From Polyangiales bacterium (lineage in GTDB: Bacteria; Myxococcota_A; Polyangia; Polyangiales; Ga0077539): DNA of 64,000 bases. The translations under genes were made by a program, and so were the position numbers. The stretch spans positions 1 through 64,000 of the forward strand of contig JBGARZ010000019.1 of the NCBI GenBank assembly GCA_044229975.1. Reading direction: 5' to 3'. The notes under the pieces were generated by a model, which was given only the letters and a program-made list of their open reading frames with translations, was not told where the DNA came from and did not search any database. Positions 39,382 through 48,077 of this stretch are shown here, one piece after another (position 1 is the first letter of the stretch; each line of letters opens with the position of its first letter).

Positions 39382-40827
39382 ATGCGTCGTCTCTCCATCG
39401 TCGTGACCCTGGTCGCGGTCGCCTCGCTGCTCTCTCGTAAGAGCGCCGCGCAGGACCTCAGCGGCTCGTGGCGCAGCACTCGCGACGACGTCGATGTCAC
39501 GGTGCGCGAGTGGGGCACCAGCTGCGGGCCGCGTCCGTCATCGCGCCACAACGGCGTCGGACGCGAAGCCACCGTGCGCGCGGTCGGAACGGGTGTGAGC
39601 GTCGACGTGGGCGGGCGCACGCTGCGATCGGATCGGTGCTGGAGCGACAATCGCGATGTCTCCGTCAGGACGTCGTCGCACCCGTCGGCCACACGATGGG
39701 TCACCACGTGCAGCACGCCCGACGGCGCCGCGCTCGCGGAGCGCGGGACATACACGACCTCGGCGGAGGGTGACCGCCGCCTCGTGCTCCGTGACGAGAC
39801 CGAGTACCAGTGGAACCTCGAAGGCTCGGTCTGTCGCGCCAGCTCCGTGATGGTGCGCGAGTACGACCGCGTCGGTGACGCGCCCGCGCCAACGCCAACG
39901 CCCACGCCAACGCCAGCGCCGACACCCGCTCCTGCTCCCACGCCCGCTCCGACGCCTGCTCCGCGTCGTTGTGTGACCGTCGGTGCGCCAGCTTCGCTGG
40001 TGATCAGCCCGGCGCGGCGCAGCATTCCGGTTGGTGGCCGAGGGTGCTTTCGCGCGAGGGTCGTCGACGCCGCGCGCTGCGATGTCGAGGGAGCCGCCGT
40101 CGAGTGGCGCGCCCGCTCCACAGGTGGCCCGGCGGAGGTTGCCGTCGAGCGCGGTTGCGTGACGTCGACGCGCGGGGAGGGCAGCGTCGAAGTGGTCGCG
40201 ACCGCGGGCGCGCTGAGCGCGAGGGCGGTCGTCACGGTGGTGAGCGAAGATCAGTTCCGCTCGCTCGCCGCAGCGCACATCGAGGAAGAGGACGCGTCGG
40301 TCGAGAGCGTCGCGCCCGGTGGGGGACAGTCGCTCGGCGTGTCCGTGAGCGCCGAACCGTCGGTCGCGCATCGCCCGTGGGGCTTGGCCCTGGTCGGAGT
40401 CGGCGGAGTGCTGCTGCTCCTCGTCGTCGTGGCGCTGCTCGTCCGGCGCGGTCGCGTCAAGACGCCGCCTCGGTGGAGTGATCCGCCGGTCCCCCCGAGA
40501 CACGACGAGCCGGCGTCGGAGCCGGTCGCTCCTCCAACGGTGGTGGTCCCGCCGCAGGTCAGCGCGCCCCGGCCCGAGCCGACGGTAGGACCGGTCGCGT
40601 TCACACGGCGCTGCCCGGCTTGCGGAAAGCTGTTCGGGGACACCTCGGACTTCTGCACCGAAGACGGCTCGCGTCTCGCCTCGCTCGCGGGACAGGCGCC
40701 GCTCGCTCCCCCCACCGCCCCGGCCGTTGTGCCGCTGCGGGTACGCGTCTGCCCCAGGTGTGCGCGCCGCTACGAACCGCCCATGGACTTCTGCGTCGAC
40801 GACGGCGAGAGGCTGCGGGACGGGTGA
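39382..40827 (+). CDS. Type I membrane protein with PT/PA linker and two C-terminal zinc ribbons
   Basis: Signal peptide, (PT/PA)n at ~39880-39963, TM, CPACGK..FCTEDG and CPRCAR..FCVDDG. Confidence 0.7.
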   Translation: MRRLSIVVTLVAVASLLSRKSAAQDLSGSWRSTRDDVDVTVREWGTSCGPRPSSRHNGVGREATVRAVGTGVSVDVGGRTLRSDRCWSDNRDVSVRTSSHPSATRWVTTCSTPDGAALAERGTYTTSAEGDRRLVLRDETEYQWNLEGSVCRASSVMVREYDRVGDAPAPTPTPTPTPAPTPAPAPTPAPTPAPRRCVTVGAPASLVISPARRSIPVGGRGCFRARVVDAARCDVEGAAVEWRARSTGGPAEVAVERGCVTSTRGEGSVEVVATAGALSARAVVTVVSEDQFRSLAAAHIEEEDASVESVAPGGGQSLGVSVSAEPSVAHRPWGLALVGVGGVLLLLVVVALLVRRGRVKTPPRWSDPPVPPRHDEPASEPVAPPTVVVPPQVSAPRPEPTVGPVAFTRRCPACGKLFGDTSDFCTEDGSRLASLAGQAPLAPPTAPAVVPLRVRVCPRCARRYEPPMDFCVDDGERLRDG

Positions 40828-40893
40828 GAGACCTCGAAGCCAAAGGGCAGGGGGCCGTTCGTATCGAAGCCACAGCGAGCGCGAACACCACGC

Positions 40894-40923
40894 TTGACCC
40901 CGGATTCCGCGGATCTCTAGAAT
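40894..40923 (+). promoter_or_regulatory. Promoter for the GltJ-like gene
   Basis: TTGACC-N18-TAGAAT. Confidence 0.6.
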
Positions 40924-41034
40924 GCGCGACCGCAGCGGTAGGCGGCGCGGCGTGACACGCGCCTCGGCACTCCGCAAGACCCGCGTCCATCCATCACCCA
41001 GACCACGCCAGGGCCTCGCACGGGACAGAGCCAC

Positions 41035-42837
41035 ATGAAGATCGAATGCCAGAGCTGCGGAGCGGCCTACAAGATCGCGGACGAGAAGGTCCAGGGTAAG
41101 AAGGTCTTCAAGATCAAGTGCAAGAAGTGCTCGTCGGACATCATCGTCCGCGGCACCGACTACGCCGCGGAGGTGCAGCGTCCTGTCGAGGACGAGGCGA
41201 CGCGCGCGATGTCGACGGACGTCGGCGGCGACGTCATCTGGCATGTGGTGCTCAACGGTGAGCAGCAGGGGCCGTTCAGCGTGGCGCAGGTCGCCGAGAT
41301 GCTCGCCCAGGGCAACATCGACGCGGAGACCTATGTCTGGCGCGATGGCTTCGACGGGTGGCTGCCGCTCCAGGAGGTCGGCGAGCTTGCGTCGGTCTTC
41401 GGCGCGCCGCCGTCGCAGGAGCCCGAGGCGCCCTTCATGGGCAACGACCTGTTCGCATCCATCGCGCCGCCCGCGGCGGAGATGCCGATCGCCGCCCCGG
41501 CGCCTGCCCCAGCTCCCGCCCCGGCACCGCAGGCCGCGAGCGATTTCTACGCAGCGCCCGAGCAGTCGAAGAGCAGCAGCCGACCGGTCAGCGCCGAGCC
41601 CGTGAAGGCGCGCGCGAAGGTCGGCGGCGGCGATCTCTTCGCGACCGAAGCGCGCGCGCAAGAGGCGTCCAAGCCCCTGTTCTCCAACGACGAAGCCACG
41701 GTCACGACCACGGGTAGCGGCGGTGGTGGTGGCGGTGGCGACAGCATGACCGGGCAGCGCAACGAGAACTCGGTGCTCTTCTCCCTCGCGACCCTCCAGC
41801 AGCTCTCCGGCCCCAAGGAGACGCCCGCGGCGTCGAGCTCCGCGGGCGGTGACTCCAGCGGTCTCATCGACATCAACAAGCTCGCCGGCGCCCTCAACGC
41901 GGGCCCGGGGTCGAAGTCGAAGAGCTCCGTGGACGACATCCTCACGGTGGGCGCGTCGGGTGGGCTCAGCTCTCCGCTCGCGGCACCCGTGCTCGCGCCG
42001 GTCGCGGTTCCGGTCGCGGCCATGGTGGCGCCGGTCGCTCCGCCGCCGCAGGCCGCGGGGTCCAAGAGCATGACCGGGGCGATCATCGCCGCGGCGCTCA
42101 TCGTCGTCGCCGGTGGCCTCGGCGCGATGGCCCTCTACTTGAGCCGCAGCGAGCCGCCGGCGCCAGTGGTCGCGGCCAACACCAACACCAACACGCCCCC
42201 GCCGGCTTCGACGACTCCTGAACCGACGCCGACCGCGCAGCCCGAGAGCGCGCCGACGCCTCCGCCGACGACGGCTCCCACGCCCGCTCCGGCGGTGGCG
42301 CCGACGGCGGCGGCGAGCCCTGCGCCCGAGGCGCGCGATCGTGAGCGAAGCCGCGAGCGCGAGCGTGATCGCGGGTCGAACTCCGCCGCCCACGCGCCGA
42401 CGACCGCGCCTACGCCGACGCCTTCCCCGGCGCCATCGGCGCCCGCCGCTCCTGCGGCGCGTCCCCGTCCGGCCACCACGGGTGGCAGCCTCGAACAGCT
42501 CATGAACCAGGTCGGCGGTGGTGGCCCGACTCCCGCCCGACCCGCGGCCGCGGCGGCCCCGGCGGCGGGCGTCCCCGATCTGCCTGGGCGTCCAGACGTG
42601 GCGGCAGCGATGCGTGGCGTTGGTCCGGCGGTGCGCGCGTGTGGTACCGGGCAGGGCGGCACCGCGACCGTCACGGTGGTCTTCAACAGCCAGGGCAGCG
42701 TCAACACCGCCAACGTCGCGCCTCCCGCCGCGGGCACCCCGGTCGGGAGCTGCGTCGCTCGCGCGGTTCGCGGCGCGCACATCCCGCCCTTTGGTCGTCC
42801 GACCTTCTCCGTCACCTACCCCTTCCCCCTCAACTGA
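41035..42837 (+). CDS. GltJ/AgmX-like protein: zinc ribbon + GYF_2 + TM + Pro-rich linker + TonB_C-like domain
   Basis: CQSC..YKIADEKV...CKKC; WHV..GEQQGPF...YVWRDGFDGW; RNENSVLFSL; C-terminal VTYPF. Confidence 0.8.
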   Translation: MKIECQSCGAAYKIADEKVQGKKVFKIKCKKCSSDIIVRGTDYAAEVQRPVEDEATRAMSTDVGGDVIWHVVLNGEQQGPFSVAQVAEMLAQGNIDAETYVWRDGFDGWLPLQEVGELASVFGAPPSQEPEAPFMGNDLFASIAPPAAEMPIAAPAPAPAPAPAPQAASDFYAAPEQSKSSSRPVSAEPVKARAKVGGGDLFATEARAQEASKPLFSNDEATVTTTGSGGGGGGGDSMTGQRNENSVLFSLATLQQLSGPKETPAASSSAGGDSSGLIDINKLAGALNAGPGSKSKSSVDDILTVGASGGLSSPLAAPVLAPVAVPVAAMVAPVAPPPQAAGSKSMTGAIIAAALIVVAGGLGAMALYLSRSEPPAPVVAANTNTNTPPPASTTPEPTPTAQPESAPTPPPTTAPTPAPAVAPTAAASPAPEARDRERSRERERDRGSNSAAHAPTTAPTPTPSPAPSAPAAPAARPRPATTGGSLEQLMNQVGGGGPTPARPAAAAAPAAGVPDLPGRPDVAAAMRGVGPAVRACGTGQGGTATVTVVFNSQGSVNTANVAPPAAGTPVGSCVARAVRGAHIPPFGRPTFSVTYPFPLN

Positions 42838-42889
42838 CCTGTCGCCGTCGCGGTTGACCCCGCGCGTCGTCCGCCGCGATGCTCCGCGC

Positions 42890-43159
42890 GTGGACCTCGC
42901 TCGCACGGTCTCGCTCGTCCAGCACGCGCTCGTCCTCGCGCTCTCCGTCGCTGGTCCAGCGCTGCTCGCTTCGGCGCTCGTCGGCCTCGTGGTGGCCGTC
43001 GTCGGCGCGCCGCTGCGCCTCACCGACCCGTCGCTCGTCGCCGTCCCGCGGCTCGTCGCCGTCGCGGCCGTGCTCGGACTCTCCGCCGCGTGGGGCGCCA
43101 GCGCGGTCGCGCAGTTCGCGCGCTACGTCTGGACCTCCATGCCCGCCTGGGTCGCGTGA
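42890..43159 (+). CDS. FliQ/SctS-like type III export-gate protein (divergent)
   Basis: 89 aa, two hydrophobic segments, ALVL...P.LL...VGLVV....T.DPSL..VPRL pattern. Confidence 0.7.
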   Translation: MDLARTVSLVQHALVLALSVAGPALLASALVGLVVAVVGAPLRLTDPSLVAVPRLVAVAAVLGLSAAWGASAVAQFARYVWTSMPAWVA

Positions 43160-43863
43160 CCCTCCTTGCGCTCGCGCTGCTCGGGCTCACGGTGCTCGCG
43201 CTGCGGGTGGTTCCGTTGCTCTGGCTCGCGACCCGCGCGCTCTCTCCGCTGCGCTCGGGCCTGCTCGTCGCTGTCGCCATCTCGCTCGTCGTCGGGATGC
43301 GCGCGGGCGTCGGTGCGCTCCCCCTCGACGCGTGGCTGATCGTCACCGCGCTTCGTGAGCTCGCGCTCGGCGTCGCCCTCGCGCTGGTGCTCGGTGCGCC
43401 GCTCGTCGCGGTGAGCGTCGCGGGGCAGTGGGTCGATCGGCCCTGGTCCAACGGTGACGGTCCCTTCGCGCGGCTGCTGTCCCTCGTCGCCGCGATGACG
43501 CTGCTCGCGTCGGGCGCGCACCGCGGGGTGACGCGCGCGCTCGCGGCGACCTACGACGTGCTGCCCATCACCGCGCGAGAGTGGTCGGTGTCGACGTCGT
43601 GGTCCGCGGCGACGGGCGCGGTCGCGGCGGGTCTGTCGGCCGCCTCGACGCTCGCGGCGTCGGTGCTGCTCGCGGTGCTCGCCATGGAGCTCACCGTGGC
43701 GTTCGCGGGTCGCGTCGGCGCGCCGTGGGAGCGAGCGGAGGTCAGGGTACCCGCGAGGGAGGTCGCGCTGCTCGGGGCGGTGGCCATCTCGCTCGGCGCC
43801 TGGACGGGGGCGGTGCGCTCCCTGGCGGCCACGGCGTTGGAGGCGGTCGCGACGTTGAGGTGA
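43156..43863 (+). CDS. FliR/SctT-like type III export-gate protein (divergent)
   Basis: Very hydrophobic; RELALGVAL...AGQWVD, GAH...ALAATYDVLP, MELTVAFAGRVGAP; GTGA overlap with the FliQ-like gene. Confidence 0.65.
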   Translation: MTLLALALLGLTVLALRVVPLLWLATRALSPLRSGLLVAVAISLVVGMRAGVGALPLDAWLIVTALRELALGVALALVLGAPLVAVSVAGQWVDRPWSNGDGPFARLLSLVAAMTLLASGAHRGVTRALAATYDVLPITAREWSVSTSWSAATGAVAAGLSAASTLAASVLLAVLAMELTVAFAGRVGAPWERAEVRVPAREVALLGAVAISLGAWTGAVRSLAATALEAVATLR

Positions 43864-43958
43864 CAAGCGATGCTTCGCGCCGTCGCGAAGTAGGCCCGCG
43901 CACGGGGCGTCGTGATAAGGGCAGTGGGCGTCGTCGAACCGCATCCCGGAGAACGGAC

Positions 43959-44480
43959 ATGAAGAAGCTCAAGGTGCTGCTGGATGAAGAGACCCTCGCC
44001 AAGCGCGTGAAGGAGCTGGGTGAGCAGATCACCCGCGACTACGCCGATGCCGAGCACCTCGTCGTGGTGCCCATCATGAAGGGCAGCTTCCTCTTCGCGG
44101 CTGACCTCATCCGGCACATCGATCGGGAGCTGTCGGTGGAGTTCCTGGGGCTGCGCTCGTACGGCAGCGGAACCGAATCGTCGGGCGTCGTGCAGATCAC
44201 CTACGACCTCACGCAGTCGGTCACCCACCAGCACGTGCTCGTGGTGGAGGACATCGTCGATACCGGGCTCTCCATGCGCTACCTGCTGGAGAACCTCGGC
44301 ACCCGGCAGCCCAAGTCGCTCAAGCTCTGCTCGCTGCTGCACAAGCCCGCGCGCACCCGCGTGAAGGTGCCCATCGACTACCTCGGCTTCACCATCGACG
44401 ACCACTTCGTCGTCGGGTACGGGCTCGACTACGCGGAGAAGTTCCGCAACCTGCCGTACATCGGCGTCATCGAAAACTGA
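43959..44480 (+). CDS. hpt: Hypoxanthine phosphoribosyltransferase
   Basis: VLVVEDIVDTGLS, FVVGYGLDY, RNLPYIG. Confidence 0.96.
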   Translation: MKKLKVLLDEETLAKRVKELGEQITRDYADAEHLVVVPIMKGSFLFAADLIRHIDRELSVEFLGLRSYGSGTESSGVVQITYDLTQSVTHQHVLVVEDIVDTGLSMRYLLENLGTRQPKSLKLCSLLHKPARTRVKVPIDYLGFTIDDHFVVGYGLDYAEKFRNLPYIGVIEN

Positions 44481-44496
44481 CCCGGAGGAGCGCGCG

Positions 44497-44811
44497 ATGC
44501 CCACCCGCCTCGAAGCCCTGGAGATGATGGTCTCCAAGGAGCCCAACGACCCCTTCCCCTACTACGGCCTCGCCCTCGAATACCGCAGCGCCGGGCGGCT
44601 CGCCGACTGCCTCGCGGGCTTCGCGAAGCTCCAGGCGAAGTTCCCGGATTACGTTCCCATGTATCTGATGGCCGCCCAGGTGAGCCAGGAGCTGGCGCTC
44701 ACCGCCGATGCCCGCCGCTGGTGCACCGACGGCATCGCCGCGGCGCAGCGCAAGCGCGACGGACACGCCCTGGGCGAGCTGGAGTCGCTCCTCGGGAGCC
44801 TGCCGGAGTGA
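44497..44811 (+). CDS. Small TPR protein
   Basis: PNDPFPYYGLALEY, FPDYVPMY. Confidence 0.8.
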   Translation: MPTRLEALEMMVSKEPNDPFPYYGLALEYRSAGRLADCLAGFAKLQAKFPDYVPMYLMAAQVSQELALTADARRWCTDGIAAAQRKRDGHALGELESLLGSLPE

Positions 44812-45656
44812 CCGTCTCGTTCAGCTTCGAGGGCGACGCGCCGACGCCGCGCGACGCCGCCACGGTGCTCGTCGTGCGTGACTCACCCAACGGCCCCGAG
44901 GTGTTCTTCGTGAAGCGCGCGGCGGGTGTGCGCTTCATGGGCGGCGCGTACGTCTTCCCTGGCGGGCGGCTCGACCCCGAAGACGCCGACCCCGCGGTGG
45001 CGTGCGATCTCGACGCGGCGACCTGCGCGCAACGCCTGGGCGACGACGACCCCGCGCGGGCGAGGGCGCTGCACGTCGCGGCGCTGCGCGAGTGCCTCGA
45101 AGAGTCGGGGCTGCTGCTGTCGGCCGCACCCGTCGACGCGGATGTCGTCGATGCGCTGCGCAGTGCGCTCGTCCCGAGGGAGCGGCCGACGCTCGCGGCG
45201 CTGTTGCAGACCCACGGGGTGACGCTGTCGTGCGCGGCGCTCATCCCGTGGTCGCGGTGGGTCACGCCGCGGCAGGAGACCAAGCGCTTCGACGCGAGGT
45301 TCTTCGTGGCGCGCGCGCCGTCGGATGTCAGCCGCGCGCAGCACGACGGCGGAGAGACCGTCGCGAGCGGGTGGCTCACCCCGGCCGATGCCATCGCGAA
45401 GGCGCGCGCCGGGGAGATCGTGCTCGCGCCGCCCACCTGGCGAACGCTCGCCGAGATCGCCGACGCGCCCGACGTCGCGGCGCTGCTCAACGTCGCGCAC
45501 TCGCCGTCCGTCGCGTGGGAGCCGTCGGTGCTCGCCGTCGACGACACGTTTGCAGTGCTGCTCCCGGACGACCCCGATCACCCCGAGGCGCTGAGCACAC
45601 CTCGCCCCGGCCTGCCCACCCGCTTCACGTATCGCGATGGAACCTGGGAGACCTGA
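44808..45656 (+). CDS. NUDIX hydrolase (Nudt19-like)
   Basis: PRDAATV, YVFPGGRLD, AALRECLEESG, WVTP..KRFDARFF. Confidence 0.88.
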   Translation: MTVSFSFEGDAPTPRDAATVLVVRDSPNGPEVFFVKRAAGVRFMGGAYVFPGGRLDPEDADPAVACDLDAATCAQRLGDDDPARARALHVAALRECLEESGLLLSAAPVDADVVDALRSALVPRERPTLAALLQTHGVTLSCAALIPWSRWVTPRQETKRFDARFFVARAPSDVSRAQHDGGETVASGWLTPADAIAKARAGEIVLAPPTWRTLAEIADAPDVAALLNVAHSPSVAWEPSVLAVDDTFAVLLPDDPDHPEALSTPRPGLPTRFTYRDGTWET

Positions 45657-45716
45657 CGCAGGTCGCCGCAGCAGGAGGGGTTTCCGTGGCGAAATGGTCG
45701 CGGTACCGTCAGAGTC

Positions 45717-47051
45717 ATGACAGATGCTCCAAGACGAACTGGGGGGTCCAGTGTCCAGCAGTCGACGCCGCGATCGAGCGGGACGCGGCCGCGCGCCGCG
45801 AACGTGGAGCCCGTCTATCTGGCGTCGCAGCTCGCGTCGATCTGTGATGTCGATCTGAAGACGATCCACAACTGGTGTCACCGCCTCGACGAGCGCTCGT
45901 CCGAGGCAGCGCTGGAGTCGTTTCGTACGACGGGTGGGCACCTGCGATTTCGCCAGTCGTCGGTGCTGAAGTTCCTGGAGCGCTGGGGCTACCCGACGCC
46001 CGACGCGCTGCTGCGCGACCGCCCGCATGTGCTGGTGGTGGAGAGCGATCGAGAGGCGCGTCGCGCGATGATCGCCTCCATGGCCATGACGCGCCTGGGT
46101 GACGATCCGTCGGTGGTTCCCAATGCGGGAGACGGGACGGGTCGCTGGGTCAGCGCGGAGGCGTACCTGCACGTGTGGGGCGACCCGTACGACGCGCTCG
46201 TCGGCCTCGGCGAACGAGCGGGCGCAGCGGCGGCGCCGGATGCCGTGGTGCTCGGTGAGGGGCTGGGTGACAGCCTCCCGCGCTGGGTCGCGGCGGCGCG
46301 CGGACGCATCGACGAGAGCCTCCGCGTGGTCGTGCTCGACGGGCGCGCGGCGGGGTCCGTCGAGGGCGTGATCCGCGGACCGCACGGGGCGTTGCGGGGA
46401 TTGCTGGCCGAGGCGCTCACGGCGACGAAGGCGGCGCCCGCGCGCAAGCGGTCGACGTCGACGCGGCGGGTGCCCATCGCGCCGCGCGAGCCCATCTTCG
46501 TGGCGTCGCAGGTGGCGAGCCTCTGGGGCGTCGACCTCAAGACGGTGCACGGCTGGGTGGAGAGCGGCGACGTCGAGGCGTTTCGCACGCCGGGTGGACA
46601 CCTGCGCTTCCGGCGACGCGCGCTGCTCGACCTCTTGCGGCGCTTCCACATGCCCATCCCGATGAGCCTCGGGCCGCGGAGGCCGATGGTGCTCGCGGTG
46701 GTTCCTGATGCGGACGTCGTCGCGAAGCTCGCGATGTCGCTCGGCGACACCTTCGACATCATCTCTCGCGCCGACCCGATGGAGGGCCTCGCCGAGATCG
46801 GGACCCTCTGCGCCGGCACCGGCATGCTCGACGCCATCGTGGTGTCGCTCCCGTCGCCGGGCGTCGACGCGCAGCGGTGGATTCGCGCGGTGCGCTCGCA
46901 CCCCGACACCCGCTACGGTCGGCTGGTGGTGCTCGGCGGCAGCCCCGACGAGCAGCGCGCCTGGCAGGCGCTCGGCGTCAGCGCGACGCTCGACCTCGCG
47001 AGCGTGGGCCTCGTGCGAACCGTGCTCGAGCGGGCGCTCGGCCTCGCCTGA
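45717..47051 (+). CDS. Tandem excisionase-type HTH + degenerate receiver domain protein
   Basis: Two copies of VDLKT.H.W...FRT.GGHLRFR, each followed by a CheY-like segment. Confidence 0.75.
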   Translation: MTDAPRRTGGSSVQQSTPRSSGTRPRAANVEPVYLASQLASICDVDLKTIHNWCHRLDERSSEAALESFRTTGGHLRFRQSSVLKFLERWGYPTPDALLRDRPHVLVVESDREARRAMIASMAMTRLGDDPSVVPNAGDGTGRWVSAEAYLHVWGDPYDALVGLGERAGAAAAPDAVVLGEGLGDSLPRWVAAARGRIDESLRVVVLDGRAAGSVEGVIRGPHGALRGLLAEALTATKAAPARKRSTSTRRVPIAPREPIFVASQVASLWGVDLKTVHGWVESGDVEAFRTPGGHLRFRRRALLDLLRRFHMPIPMSLGPRRPMVLAVVPDADVVAKLAMSLGDTFDIISRADPMEGLAEIGTLCAGTGMLDAIVVSLPSPGVDAQRWIRAVRSHPDTRYGRLVVLGGSPDEQRAWQALGVSATLDLASVGLVRTVLERALGLA

Positions 47052-47085
47052 CGGGCCCGCGCCGTGATACGTCGGGGGCCCTTCC

Positions 47086-48054
47086 ATGGCGACCCCCGAG
47101 CCTTCGTCCAAGCGCAGCGGACCACTGAAAACCGCTGAGTTCGAGCCCCCGTCCGAGGCGTCGAAGTACCTCCCCTATGTCGCCGTCGCGGGCGTGCTGG
47201 GCGGGCTCGTGGTCACCGTCGCGAAGTCACCGCACTACGCCGTCTACGCCGCGACCGTCCTCGTCGGGCTCGCGATGCTGGGCCTCGCCTACGTCGCGTG
47301 GGACCACACCACCACGCTCCCCGACGGCGATCGGCTGCGCCCCGGCGCGCGCGCCGTGACCATCGCGGTGCTGCTCGCGAGCTTCGCGCCGACGGCGATC
47401 TCCCTCTTTCCTCCGCCGCCGCAGTCGGTGGTGCGCTTGACCCGACCGGGCGACCGCGTCGACGTCACCGTGCGCGGCGCGGCGGCGGCGGTGGTGCTCG
47501 AAGCCGAAGGGGCGTTCATGCCCGAGGTAGGCGCCGAGGCGCGGGCGCAGTTCGAGCTCACGGTGTCGCGCGGATCGACCACGGAAAACGTCCAGGGGTT
47601 GTTTCAGCGCGTGACCGAGGAGGGCGGCGCGTCGACCCGCGGGGCGCGTCAGGTCGAGGCGACCATGGCCTCGCGACACGTGCTCACGAGCATCCGCGGC
47701 CCCGGCGCGCTCACGGTGATGCTCGACCGGCTGCCCGAGTCGGTGCAACCGCCGCTGCGGGTGATGGTGCGCGCGGAGCCCTTCTCGCAGACCATGCTGG
47801 CGGTGCTGTTCGGGCTGCTGGTGGTCGCGGCGCTGTGGGTCGACGTGAAGCTCTCGCGGCGGAAGATCGAGACGGCCTTCGCGGCGGCGCTCGGGGTCGT
47901 GCTCGCGGCGACGTTCTATCTGCACGGTCACTTCACGCGCGCGTCGCTGCCGTCCGACCTGCTGGCCGCCGCGCTGGTGGGCGTGCTCGGCGGCGGCGTG
48001 GGCGGTGAGATCCTGGCGAGAATCGCGCGGGCCGTGGCGCCCGGTCAGTCGTAG
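47086..48054 (+). CDS. Hypothetical integral membrane protein
   Basis: Three N-terminal and three C-terminal TM segments around a soluble domain. Confidence 0.65.
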   Translation: MATPEPSSKRSGPLKTAEFEPPSEASKYLPYVAVAGVLGGLVVTVAKSPHYAVYAATVLVGLAMLGLAYVAWDHTTTLPDGDRLRPGARAVTIAVLLASFAPTAISLFPPPPQSVVRLTRPGDRVDVTVRGAAAAVVLEAEGAFMPEVGAEARAQFELTVSRGSTTENVQGLFQRVTEEGGASTRGARQVEATMASRHVLTSIRGPGALTVMLDRLPESVQPPLRVMVRAEPFSQTMLAVLFGLLVVAALWVDVKLSRRKIETAFAAALGVVLAATFYLHGHFTRASLPSDLLAAALVGVLGGGVGGEILARIARAVAPGQS

Positions 48055-48077
48055 TCCACACGAGAGGGAGAGCGAAG

